Part shown: positions 24,070 through 37,900 of the stretch, in pieces
Position numbering within the stretch: position 1 is the first letter of the stretch
Layout: the number at the start of each line of letters is the position of its first letter
DNA from: Perna viridis
Taxonomy: Eukaryota
DNA: 64,000 nucleotides
Direction of reading: 5' to 3'
Assembly: GCA_037379345.1 (NCBI GenBank)
Contig: CM074515.1
Span: 26,288,001 to 26,352,000, forward strand
Translations under genes and position numbers: made by a program
The notes under the pieces: generated by a model
Databases searched by the model: none
Seen by the model: the letters and a program-made list of their open reading frames with translations, nothing else
What the model was told of the DNA's origin: nothing

Positions 24070-24720
24070 AGAACAGGGAGTTTACATGAAATGATCAGTT
24101 AGTATTGAACATTACCCAGTTTTCGATTCAGGCACAGAGGCTCATTACAAGACTATATAGGACATATACATAAGCAGGGCCCCGATGTCTATGAACATTC
24201 ATTGCCAGTTGTTTAATCTGGTTCCTAATCTGGTTCTCTGGTCAATATAAAATGTGACCCAAAGATCGCTAAAATGTACTACCTGTTTAAAAAAAAATAT
24301 GATACACCCTTCTGTGTTTTTTGCTTGTACAAGAACCAGAAGTTTACATTCAAAAATGAAATGATCAGTTAGATAGCAATTAATTTATGTAATATTACCC
24401 AGTTTCCGGTTCAAACACAGGGGCTCGTTACAATTTACTATATAGGTCATATACATTATCAGGACCCTGATAACTATATAAAGCTGTTGCCAGTTGTTTT
24501 ATCTGGTTCCGATTGTTTTGACTGAAAACATTTGGGTCATCACGATTATAAAAGAGTACGCAGTCATATCTAGGGAACCAAGATTCTAGCAGAAGTCACC
24601 TGATTTTAGAGAATATTGCATTAGTGCCATTATGGATGTTGAAAGTAAGCCAAAATCAGTGGCAGAGAATTTTTTTTATGATTAGCGACTTTGAAGACTC
24701 CAGTCTTTGATTATCATTAG
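24070..24720 (+). repeat. Unclassified dispersed repeat, internally duplicated, with another copy at about 52360-52930
   Basis: Shared blocks such as gtttacat..aaatgat..ttag.attgaacattaccca, gttcctaatctggttctc.ggtcaatat and gactttgaagact.cagtctttgatt. Confidence 0.7.
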
Positions 24721-26194
24721 AAATTCATTTAATCATCATATAATTGTACCAGTCAATATTCAATATTTGGAATCAAATTTTGTGATTAATCCATACAACA
24801 GAAACCACAAACATTTCCCTAGAACAAAAAAATTCTTTCAGTAAAAATACTTTTAAAATAAAGAATAATGCTATGCATGTACTTTTAGATATAGAAATAT
24901 ATCATGGGATTTAGAAAATTGTTCAATTTTATTGAAAATCAATAAATAAGATAAATTTTACATCCAAATAAAGATAAAACCTGCATATTTATAATAGTTT
25001 AAGTGAACTGTTTAGCTTAAACAGTATTTGATATTATACTTGAAAAGAAATTTATTGATTGAATTGAAAGTAACCTTTGGTCCCTGGCCTTATTGGTTAC
25101 ATTTACATTTCAGATGTTATTAATAAGGAATTGGTTTGAAATTTGTTTTATGGAAAGTAAATTAGAATGATATGTACATGTATAACACTTGTTAAGCTAC
25201 ATTTATGTCACAAAACTTGGAAGTTACTTGGGAGAACACATTCATGTATATTGAATTATGTGCCAGTAATTGAATGATTTTTTTATACCCTGTATGATGA
25301 GTAGAATGTATAGTGACCCTCATTTCCATTTTCTAAACTTTTTGAAGTTACTTGACCAACATTTCTGAAACTTTAAGGAGGTAGACTTAGGGTAAGGGGC
25401 ATAACTCATAAAATCAGTGATAAATGTATGTTAGTATTGTATTCAATTTCACTAAAGCCTTTCAAGCTTTCCTTTGAAGCAGAATAAAATGAATCCAAGT
25501 TACATAAGATTAATGTAAGATGCTGAATACAAAAAGTTCCAATGATTTTTAAGAGTTGTGTCCCTTATCCTAGGTCCACCGTCTGAAACAAAGTGTTGTG
25601 ACTATAAATTACAGAAAAAGTAGAAACAGAGAATGTGTCAAAAATACAGTCAAAGGTCATCTACAGGTCATTTCAATTAATGATAAGGAATTCCAATATA
25701 CTACCATTGGCTTGTGAATGTTATTCCTTTGGCAGTTTATTGACCTTTTTCTACTCTAAAACTTTGCCTGTTAGGGTATCTGTGATCACATGATCAACTT
25801 CGATTAGTTTCTAGATAAAAACTTATTAAATATCCTCCTACATGTATTGTAGCATTTTTATATGTTTTGATTTTTTACAATTTCATTTGATACAGATGTA
25901 TTATTGATCACATAGCCTTTGTAATATATGTTCATCTTTCTTTACTTAGGTTATTGTGACTTATAATCAATAACTTATTGACATTGACCTAAAAAGTGGC
26001 CAAAGTGAAGGATCTATGATCTAATAATATATACATGTTTGTAAACAAATTAGAAAAAAAGACCTCATCCTTTGAAGGCATAGTTGTCAACTTTATCTTG
26101 TAGTAAGATATTTGGCATGGGTATAAGTATGTAAAAAAATAGATGGGGCAAAGCAGGTTGTACATTTGCGGTCTGTTGGTCATTCAGGATTTAA

Positions 26195-26516
26195 GAGGCT
26201 GTCCATGTAAAAATCAGGCAGATCCTATGATATTGGTGGAACAGGGTAAATTTTATCCTACTGAATATTGTGTTCCAATATATAAATGAGTGTATCATAT
26301 GTATGTATGACAGTGAAAGTAATTATAAAAGTTCCCTATCAAAGCAACCATTCATTCATATCATTTTTCCTCATTTCATGAGATATTAGAATTATAACAA
26401 TTGATAAGTCAAAAACCAATTTCCAGGTTTGAGAAAGGATGTGAATAGGTGAACATTTTTTGAAAACAAAATTTGGCACGTGCCACCTACTGCCTGGTTT
26501 TTGCATGGACTCCCTA
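26195..26516. mobile_element. TTAA-flanked MITE
   Basis: Inverted arms gtccatgtaaaaatcaggcag / ctgcctggtttttgcatggac lie just inside TTAA sites. Confidence 0.55.
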
Positions 26517-28574
26517 TTAAAAAATGTATATTCTAGTAAGTCTCCAATAGGTTTGTTGGTTCTATGATTAAGTACATTGTATTATGAAATTTGGTACACA
26601 TGCTTATTGTGCAATGTATATTGTAATATGGACTAATATTTGCCATTTTATAGTTCTGCTGAGAATGAAAAATAACTTAACGCATGAGATTATCATTTTT
26701 TACACTACAGGTCGAAAAATTATCAAATTTGCTGGAAACTGGAGAACTGCTTTATCATAATTAGTTAAGCAAAAGCCCAATACCACACCCTAATTGGTAT
26801 ACAATAAAAATGTTTACTTTTTGAAACATATGTATGATAAACAGAATATAATGTGGGTTTTTATATTGTATACCATAACACCTTGACCCATAAATGTATG
26901 AACCCTCTTGAGAGCTCTCCTCCTACTATCAGATACAATTTTTATATGTAGCCAACTAGTATATACATGTAAATTTGTTTTGCCAGGTTTTGAAATGAGC
27001 AGGCGGCCCACTCACCAATGGCCCCTGAATTTGGTGTTGGTTTCTACTGTGATCGTATAGAATTATACATATTGGCTACCAAAGTTAAAGCTGTAGGCTA
27101 CCAGGCAAACATTTTAGGTTAAAATTTGTATTGCATATTTAAAAGTGGGAGGAAGCCAATGTGCTCTAGGGTTCATATGGGTGTCTTCGGGGTGTTATGG
27201 TATGTGATATAAAAAAATAACATATGGGTGATAATCTATATATTCCCACTTTAACAATAAATCGTAATTTTATATTTGTTATAAGTGTTTTGTTTTAAAA
27301 CAGGTATCATATGCAAGCTACCTTGTGACTTGCATAACAATTTAAATTTTGCAGAGTTCTCTAACTGATGTGAAAATGATAAAAAAGGGGGAAAAAATAG
27401 TGAAATAAAGATACTTCCTTAGGATTCACAGAGTATTACAGACTATTGTTGTTATTTGTTATGAGAGATAAGAAGTACAATAACTCAGTCAGGTAAAATG
27501 AAACGATTTAAATAAGATTTTATTGCTGTGAATGAAGTTGATGAATGGCAAGAATCTTAAGTATTGCTTGACTTAGGAATCATGCTGATGTTTTATTATG
27601 TTAATTGGCAGGATTTTAGCATGCAGTGTTCGAAATCAGAAGTTGTGTTAAGGGATTTTTAACCAATCATAGTGAAAATTAACTACCAGTAGTCTATGAG
27701 TAGCTTCATATTTATACCCCCACAAACAAAATTTTGGGGGTGGGTATTTAGAAATGATCCTGTCTGTCAGTCTGTTCCACATTCCTTGTAAGGGCAATGC
27801 CTCCTGAACCACTCAAGGGATTTGGATGAAACTTTATAGGAAGGTTGGGCATCATGTGTAGATGACTAGATGTGCATTGGGGCAGGGGACTGCAAAGGGA
27901 GAAAGTTGAACTTACAGGTTATACTTTTGACTGCATTTGAAGGGGGTTATAGCACACAGCATTTCTACTTTATTATGTTTAAGTGTGTCAGAAAGTTGAC
28001 TTCAAATTTAAAAGTTAAATTTGGAGGTTTAAGGTTTGAAAATGTAAATAGAAACTTAAATTCCGTTGATGATACATGTACATGTAAATGTATGTTCCTG
28101 TCAAAAGGATGTATTAAGAAATTAACTGTATATATTCCTACTGAATGTATCAACCCTATGAAGAAAATGTACAGTTATGCTTGTTATATTGAATAAAATT
28201 ATGTGGCCTACAATTAACTTTCAATTGTATTACATTTAGCAGCCAGGATTTTCCAGGAAGTCTGTTTTAAATACTTTAAGCAAATTTATATTGTAATTCT
28301 ATTTAGGAGTGATTGTGTGAGGAGAAAATATTATTTCCTGTTTCTATTAAGTATTTTTAGCTTCATGTAGAAAATGAAGACGTTTCTAACAGGATGTATG
28401 TTCTTGTTGTAAAGAAATACATGCATGTACATACATTGTACCATACATTTGATGAAGGTAAATTGTGGATGGAAACCTCTGTAGTTTTGATATGTTGATT
28501 CTCACTTAAATAGTGATAAAAGTACATGTAGTATGGAACTTTTGTCTTGACAAAACAAAATGGGAATTCAATTA

Positions 28575-28807
28575 TACTTCACAAAAAATGTTAAGGGTCA
28601 CTTAATTTTTTTTCTAATATTCAAAATTTGGATTTTCACCATTACGACAGTGATTTTAAACGTTATTAAACTGTCATTTGTTTTTAAGAAGTTTGTTTTT
28701 ATTGTTATAGTGATTAATTTATAGAATTTTTTACATATATGCTGATAATAATAAAATTAAATTTATTGAATTTTCTATAGTGGCCCTTAACTTTTTTTTG
28801 TGGAGTA
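28575..28807. mobile_element. Tc1-like MITE
   Basis: tacttcacaaaaaatgttaagggtcact / agtggcccttaacttttttttgtggagta, TA flanks. Confidence 0.65.
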
Positions 28808-31800
28808 TATTTTAAACTTGGTCACTTACACAGTTCTGGTGATAATGATGTAGAGTTTTACTCACAAAGAGCCCTATAGACTTAAATATATATATATATA
28901 AGGAAGTAGTGGCTGTACATTATAATATTTCCATAACTTACTGAAGTGACTACTAACTTTTTCAGTTACACTGTGAATTCTGGTATGTAACTATTCCTTA
29001 CCTTTTTCTCGGTTGTTAAGTCTTGTGCCATAAATGTTAACATTTTAAAAACCATTCAGGTTTATGTACATGTATATCTGTAAAGAATTTGGTTTCTAAT
29101 TTTAAATTGAAACTTAGGTTATTTTAGGAATATTTAGAATAGTGGGATTGCATTTGCACAAATTATGTTTCCACTACCTAGAAATTTAAATTAGAAAAAG
29201 CCAGGGTCTCTTCTTCTGTTCACTTTTGTTGCTGTTTATGAATATTCAATTCATCCTATGATATCAGTAAAAAATTACGTAATGTACAAGTCCTTTTAAA
29301 AACCATGCAGGGTAAAACAGTCTACTAGTAACAAAGTTTTAAGTACAAGTGAATGACATGCTTTTATTCAGAGTTTAACTTGATTGTATTGTGTTAGTTT
29401 ATAAAAAACTGTCAACTTATTTTTCAGTATTTGTTCATACTTTGTGTGTACAAAATAAAAAAAAAAATTCAACACTGTATTGTTGTACCGTTTTAAACCA
29501 GTCACTAATACTGCTGAAGTTGTAAAAATACTTTCAATATCTCCACTTGGTTGGGGTTATATACATTTACTGATGTAGGGATATCCATGTCTGTCAATTC
29601 ATCCTTCTGCTACCCTACCATTGAACCAAATGTTTTCAAACTTAAAAACAAGGTGGACTTTAAAACAATAAGTGTATACTGTATTTACTGTTCAGGATTT
29701 ATGGCTATTTTCCACTTGGAAAATTAAATTTGTTTTTGCTTCAAGGATTTTTTTAGTAAATTTAATTGATCCCCACCTTAAATGCAGTTATTGATTATAA
29801 TCTATTAAACTTTGCATGATCCTTGAGTACATATGTACTAAAGATATTAAACATTAGATGTATTATTGTATTATTTATTGTATTATTTCGTAAGATTAGA
29901 AAATTGTCTTGCTCATTTCTAGAACATAATTCATAGCACCATCTTCATCTCTGTAAATAGAATGCCTTAACAGTTGTTCAGTGTAGAATACAAACACTTC
30001 ATCTGCACTGCTGCTTTTAATCCCCATCATAATTCTTTTTGTCATAATAAATGCACTTCATGTCATGAGGATAATTTTTTGTCAGACAGAGAGTTATTAG
30101 CTTCAGTGTATAACATCACAAGATATTTCCATTGTTGCCAATTCATGTCAGAAATTAATGCAAGCCTTGAAGTGACTGTTTAGATGAATAGAAATTACAT
30201 ATCCTTCACATACATGTATATCTGCAATGTTATTTCTGGATACATGTAGTCTATATGTATGTTGTGTTATTAATGAACAGGTATACAGTAATTATAGTTG
30301 TAGATTTATCATCAGTTTTTGGAGAATGTATAGTGAAGTCTGTCAAAACTAAACAGAAGATTTGTTCAGATTAGACAGGTATTCAGTTTTCACAGGTTAG
30401 AATGTGGTGGAACTGATGTAAAAAAGAATTTAAAAGGGTGTCTTGTCTAGACAGGTTTCTGGTTTGTTCAGGGTTTGGTTAGACAAGTTTTACTGGACAC
30501 ACCATCAACTTTGTATATGTATATGCCCTTGCTTTCTTTTTGGTTACATTAATTTAGCTGGTGTGTACAGTGCTCTAGAATTATTTGAAATTTTCTGCTT
30601 TCCACAGGAAACTTTGGCATGAAAATGAACTTCTCATAAATTATAATACAACGGCCTTCAGTATTTCTGTAATACCTTCTTTGGACAAATTTTTACTTGT
30701 CATGGGAGTTGTAGAGTCATGATGTATTGAACCACTGAAGAAAATGTGTGAATCAGTTCTGATTTCTTTGTCAATGATAATGATCAATCTAAATTTGTTG
30801 TCATGGTAACTGAATCTTTTGATTCTCCAATAAAATATTCATGACCTAGTGCACTAAGTGTACTTAGATCTGGATCCTGTGACAGTGACAAAATCATATG
30901 ATATTCCCATAAATTATTCATGCTATGATATATGATACATTGTATACCCAGATTAGAGTCCTTTGGAAAAAAATCAGGAAATCAAAAATGAAATATTTGA
31001 TACACTTTAATAATAGAAAAACAAAATATTTAATTTAATAGTTAATGCATTGCCTTAGATGTTAAATATTAAATCTTAACTGTCATTACTATTTACATGC
31101 AATTGTTTTTCAGACGAAGTCCCTATATACATATGTGTGCATAAAATCTATAAACATGCATTGTACTACATGTAGTACATTGTACATGAGAACAGGACAA
31201 AAAATGAATTAAAATCACCTACAATACAACTTAAACTTTACATTGATTTGACAATTCCTGATATTATGTCTGTATTGAGATTTTTAAATCTGATTAGATA
31301 ATTAAAGTTAGTTATTGTCAATTTAAATTGATTGTTTTGTATTCATGCACTTAAAAAGCAGTTTGAAATTTCTTCCTTCTTTATTTGGCTGCCCAATCTC
31401 AAAATAATATTATAGTCATGTATACTGGTAAATATTTAATGTCATATGTCTGGTACACTCTCAATTTTGGTGCATATATTGATCCTCTTGTCTGTAAGTT
31501 TGTTCATTACACTTTTGGCTTCAGGATTATTATTAAGGAACTAAACAACCAGATTTGTTCAGCTGAAACACAATTTTGAGACTATTAAAAACAGGTCAAA
31601 TTTTTAAGTTATATGTTTAATCTACAGTTTAGGGGCCCATTTTCACTTCAAATGTTTTCAGACTGAATTTTTAAGTTCAATTATTATTTTGATTTTGTCA
31701 ATTTTCACCAAAATGTGATTTGGATTTTTGCCATTTTAAGAAAAGTGCTGTTCATGCAAGCACCCAAGTTTCTTATCTTACAAACTTTGATTATTGCTTT

Positions 31801-31935
31801 TGTAAGTTATTTTTTGCAGTCACAAGACATGACAAGACATTTAAAATTAACAGTACCTGAGGAAACACTGAACTTATGATTTTCTTTAACTTTGTAGCCA
31901 TTTGAGATAAGAAGCAAATTTATCCAAAGGCAAAG

Positions 31936-34900
31936 ATGGATAGCCAGTATAATGTGGACTCCACACAACAAACCACAACTAGTTCCAGTCAGGATGTTGG
32001 ACTAGACAAGATTTATATGAAATCAATAGATTCCATCTTAAAAATTGCTGAAATGGTAATTTGACTGTAGATGCAGTGACTTTTAAGGTTCATTATTACC
32101 TTTCGAAAATTGGCCTCAATTTCACCACTAATTTCTGTCTGACTACAGACAACCCTATGTATGTAGAAGAATTTTAAGGCATAGCATCCCCTACATATGA
32201 GAAAGTTGCATTCATTTTATGTAAAATTATATCAAAAACTGGCCTGACCTTTACTGTTTTAATTTTATCAATTCTGCAGAGAGGGCAAAAATGAACTAAG
32301 TTTAGATAATGTTATGAGATGTTCCCTGTGTATTAAAGGTAAACTGTATTCACATTGGCATGCTGGTTGACAGAAGGACAATAGCCACCTATACACAAAA
32401 GGTGACTTAAACTGTGTTAATGAGTGTACCATATCTAGTAAATCTCAGGTGTTCGTTTATTATTGCACTCTCTGCAGAATTGAAAAAATCAACCCTGTTT
32501 TTGATTTAATTTTACATAAACTTGATGTAAATTTTTCGTATCTAAGAGATGCCACGCCTTAATTTTTTGCTAGATGCACGAGGCCATTTTGTCAGAAAGT
32601 GATGATGAACCTTAAGGAATTATTCAAATATTCTGGACTTCGATTTTACATTTTTAATACTTGTGATAATCTATCTCCACCAGCAAGATTAATTTAGATG
32701 CAGAATATTACTTTAAGAATATCTTAAAAATGATTTCTAGTAGATTTGCTTATACATGTAATATCTTTAAAATTTTAACCTATTTCAAGTTTATATTTAT
32801 TTGCCAAATCACCATAACTAGATAACTAATGTCTGTTTATATGATGAATTATGCCTCTTCCATAGAACACTTTAAAATGGTAGTTCCTGTACCTCTCTTT
32901 ATCATGTGACATATGATAGAAAGAGAGTGAGGGATGGTTTGCTCAGAGTCAGAATGATAAGTAGGTGGCATGCCTTGATGTTGCTTCTTTGAGCTAGCAC
33001 ATGAATTACTTGGCTCAGCATGTTGGTCTAATAGAAATGAGGATTTTAACTTTATAAAATATCTGTCAATGAACATTTAACTGTGATCATTCAATTAACC
33101 TTGAGTTACGAAAATGACAAAGGCCTTACTGGGATCGTTTAAGATAGTACCGGTACAAGTTTTTATATGGTACTTTAAGTATGAGGTAGCCTCTAGTAGG
33201 ACATACTCTGACTGAGTTCTTCTGTCAGGTATCTCTAAGACTGGGCTTTGCTACCTCTATCTACTAACAGACATACTAACAGAATCATGTAAGGGGCAGT
33301 CATGCAAGATCCGTAAGGATAGTCAAGACTGTAAAAACCCCCACAGAAGAATGTATCTTAGTAGTATGCATTTACATTTTACATCTTCTTAAAATAGTAT
33401 TTTGGTAATATTTTTCAGGTTTTAAGTCTGATTGTATTCATCTGTGTGACATCTCACCCAGGCTACAGCTATATTGGTGGAGGATGGGTCCAGTTTGTCA
33501 GTATATCCTGTCTAATCACTGTGTTGATACTGTGGATCTTCTTCATGCTTAGGATCATTTATAAACTTCCAGGACCATGGCAGCTGATTGTAAGTTTGAT
33601 CTGGGTGCCTATTAAATTGATCAAAGTTATTATACCCTACACTTTGTGGAAGGTATATAGTGATCAAGATGTCTCAGAGTCAGAATAATGTGTCTGTGTT
33701 TGATGACATACTTACCTGTGGGAGTCACTTCGCTTGTTCAGTCAATAAAAAAGAACAGCTCAGCATGTTGGACTACTAAAAAACAGGGTCTTTTCCATGA
33801 ATCATGCATTCTTTTTATGAAATATTTGCCATGGGATGTTAAGCCACAATGAATCAATCCATAGTAGAGTGGTGAAACTTTGCATAAATATCATTTACCA
33901 TTGGTATGTACATTATGTATGTTGCAATGAATGCCCTAATCTGTAGGTCAAATTCTAGGTTTATATATCAAAAGCCTTTACGAATGACTATCTTTTATTT
34001 GGTCTACATGTATATTCACCAGAGTTACAATTAATGTCCCTATCTGTCAAGAAACTCAAATCAGACAACACAGTCCTTAGAGAAGTTTTCATCTTCAGGT
34101 CTCCCTAACAACTTCTAATGTTTCCACTACTTTACATGTTAAAATAGTAATTTTCAAAGTTTCTCTGTAATTTCCCAGGGCAAATGATGCCTTAAAAGTT
34201 CATACCATTGTGAAGAGTGAAGAACAAGGGTTTCAAAATCACTATACTTATGGTAAAATGATTGTAGAAAGTTTTTCTTAAAATTAATTGGAATAAAAAT
34301 ACTGAAAATTCACAATTTGTACTTTTTCTTCTAACTGATAGCATGGAAGCAAATTACTCACACGTTAAAAATATTCATATACTTTAATTTTAAAGTACCC
34401 CTTCTCAGCTTTATTTTGGCTACTTTTGATCAACTTATACATAATTTGGATAGATATAGGTTCAGTTTGTTTTGGTACTGCATAGAGTGGTGGCCATATG
34501 ACCTGAAAATGGTAATTGAGACTCCATATCCTTTAGTTTCATAAGTTATTATACCCCTAGGGATTTTTTAGATGATTTTAAATTATAAGTCTGTCTATTT
34601 GCCTGCCCATCTATCTTGTTAGTGTAAGTCCTCCTGAAGCACTGAATGGATTTTCATAATTCCTGCGAATTTCAAAGGATGATTAGGAATCATATGTAGA
34701 TACACATGAATTTGCCTGCAAGGTGAGATAATCTAACATAAGGATTTTGAGATATTCACGAAAAGAGAGAAAAAAATGTTAGGTGTCATGCAAAGATGTC
34801 TGTGAAAAAAAAGATACTAGTAAGTGCTTTCAGATGCCTGCAATGGGAAATAATCAAATATCAAGACTGATATTTAAGGAGTCCATGTTGACCAAGGGGC

Positions 34901-37900
34901 CCAAGGGGTTATTCTTTTTGGTAGCTTGCTCACAATATGTCTTTTTTTTCTACAGGAAGTACACTTATAGATCTCAATAATCAACTTTCAATTTCAGATC
35001 CTGATATACCACATCGTATATACTTTATTTTATATTATATCGTTCCTGGTTTGTGCTATTCAAGGTGGAAAGTACCAAGAAAGTGATGGGTTAATTGCAG
35101 GAGCAGTAAGTTCTTGCGTTTCTCATCTAGGATGGATAACACATGCTATTAATTTTTTTTTTGCTTGTAATAAAGTGTTACTACAGTAATTATTTTGATT
35201 TCTATTTTCAGCTTGAACAAATAACCCATGTGGCTTATTTAGACTAATCCTAACAATAAGGTTTTATTTATTTTCAGATTATGATATACTATATAGTATA
35301 TGTTGTGTTTTATCTTATTTCTTTCCTGGTTTGTGCCATACAAGCCGGGAATTGGTATCCAAATGGTGGTTTAATCGCAGGAGCTGTAAGTCTATGTAAT
35401 TTTTCATATCCCTTGCAAAGTTACCAATTTTTTGCATGGGTAGTTTCACCTTTCAAGTTTGCTTACAAAGAATCAATGTTCGAGACTTTACTTTAACCTC
35501 CCCCTGCCAGTCTGCAAGCTGACTTTTTAGTTGGACAAAAGTTTTCTAGTTTAAAGATACTTTTTTTAAAGATTTTACATATTATGGAGAAAATGCTTGT
35601 CCTTTGACAATTTCTAGAAAACCAAAATATTTTAACAATATACTAGCTCTACGTTTATGATCAATTCCATAATTACCAAATCATGCAGTGCTACAGCTTG
35701 ATCAAGCAGTGTGGTAAAAGTTTAGTATTTAGTACAAGTCTTTGTAATAATCAGGCAAATTGTGAAAAATTAGAAACATGCATGTCAAGAACTAAACCAT
35801 CTGACAGTATACTTTCACTCCAAGGAGTCTTCTATATTTGAAATGACTACTATTTTATCTCTGCTTGACTGAATATGTTTGGAAATTTTTCTTTAGAATG
35901 TTAATAATAGAGATTTTGATAGAGTTAACTGCCCTTGGAATGTTTATTTGCAGTGCATCTCAATGAAATTATAACTGACTTCACCAAATGATATAGAAAT
36001 TCCTTGATTCTGATTGTAGAAATAGTCGTATAATTCAGTTAGGCACTGACCATTTTTATACTGGGGGTATTATTTTGAAAAAAATACATGTATTTGAAAT
36101 TTGAGCCAAAAACATATTTTACTATACCATGGACAGACAAAAAATTTATTCAATATTTCCCCTTTTACTTGACAATGTTGATTTTAAAATAAAATTCTTT
36201 AAATCTGGCTGCTGCAGAAAAAAAATTTCCAACTCAACATCTCAGGCCCACCCACTTCTGGAGAAGAAAATAGTCTTTTCCTTCGAGTTGTAGATTATTT
36301 CTACCTAGTTTAAACCAATGCCTGATTCTTACAGAGGCTGACACTTCAAAAAGTTATATTCAGTTTCATAAAGTCTCAAGCATTGATAGTGCATTTAAAA
36401 AGCCTTGCAAAAACCACCCTCTTGTACTTTTCTGAATATTAAGTCATAGGGCAACCTCCTATATTATTATCATTACTAAATGTGAAACAAGTTCAATAGA
36501 TGAGCATTGAGAAAACTATATATTTTTTTAGAAACTTCATAAAAAATTAAGAACCGGCATATGAAAGTCTACCAGGAAATTCATATGCAGCTATTTATAC
36601 GAATAGAAACAAAAATCATAACAGATGTAATCATATTTCAGAATTTATAATAGATGGACAGATAATAGATATTTTGTATGTATTTATAATACATGTACTA
36701 GGAAGTTTTCTATTCCTTAATATGCCATTATATTCATCTTTTCCTGTTAGAAATAGTGATTTCAAAACTCATTGCTACATTATTACAACTTTAAAGGTCA
36801 ACTTTTTTATAAAGTTAATAAGTTACAATCTGACATACATGGCATGATAAATGTATGTAACAAGAAATACTTTAAACAGTAATTAGTGTATAAAAATGTA
36901 TTTGTATTCAGATTGAACAAAACCAATTTATGTATACATGTGTTTTCTATCTATGAAAAATTTTTTCACTACTTTTTTCCATTTTGTTCAGGACTCATAA
37001 ACACTGCTGGAATCAGGTGAAGACTTAGAGTTGGAAAATTTTTCAATTTAATGCAAAATTTGCACAATGAGGAGAAAATTATAGCTTTGAACTTTCCCAA
37101 ATTTTTATAAATTTCTGGATATGACTTGTCATAAATATTTAATGTCGGTACTCTGTCAGAGAAATAAGTTTTAAAATTACAGCCTTAATATTTATGATTT
37201 ATTAAAGAATAAAAAATAGCAATGAGTTCTGATTTTACTGTAGTTTCTTTCTTTGCTTGTAGTTGTTATATATAGAAAGTTGAAAATATTGCATGCTCTA
37301 TTGTGTTTGTAGATTTTAGTTTGTAGTTTATGGTGTTCTGTATCTTATATCAGTTATAGTATGTCTTGTTCAGTCTAGCAAAGTATCTTATTCTGGAGGT
37401 TTTATCGCTGGTGGTGTAAGTAACTAACGGTTATAACTACTTAACATTCCTAATGAAATAAATTTTAATAATTCACACTGTGAAATAACTTATGTAATTT
37501 TGATCTCAGACTTTCTCCCACCAAAACGTCACACTTTGATATCAAGCCGCCAATCACAGAATTAAAAATTCATGTTGACAATATCGACAAATTATGAAGA
37601 AAATCTATAATCTAAGATAGAATAATCATTTGGTTACTGTGAATAATGATATTTAGATATTCATTCTTTCGAATAATTATATTCCTATCAATAATAACAT
37701 TTACTGTTTGTTTACTAATGAATATATCTTGTAAGATTTATTCTAAACCCACCAAGTTTTCACTACGACTATAATGATAAACAATACTAAAAACTACAGA
37801 CTATACTAGCTAATTAACTATCTGATCCTTTCTCTTTCTTGTGAGGAAAAGGAGTTGTGATGAAAAATAAATTTAAGTGTCAGAATAATCATTTGTCAAG

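Noticed and set aside
33182-33203. let-7 microRNA gene
   Set aside because: Only the first 8 nt match let-7; the mature sequence and precursor do not. Kept only as a low-confidence hairpin.
33708-33718. ATACTTACCTG, identical to the U1 snRNA 5' end
   Set aside because: Only 11 nt match, the rest of U1 is absent, and it lies within a decayed SINE-like repeat.
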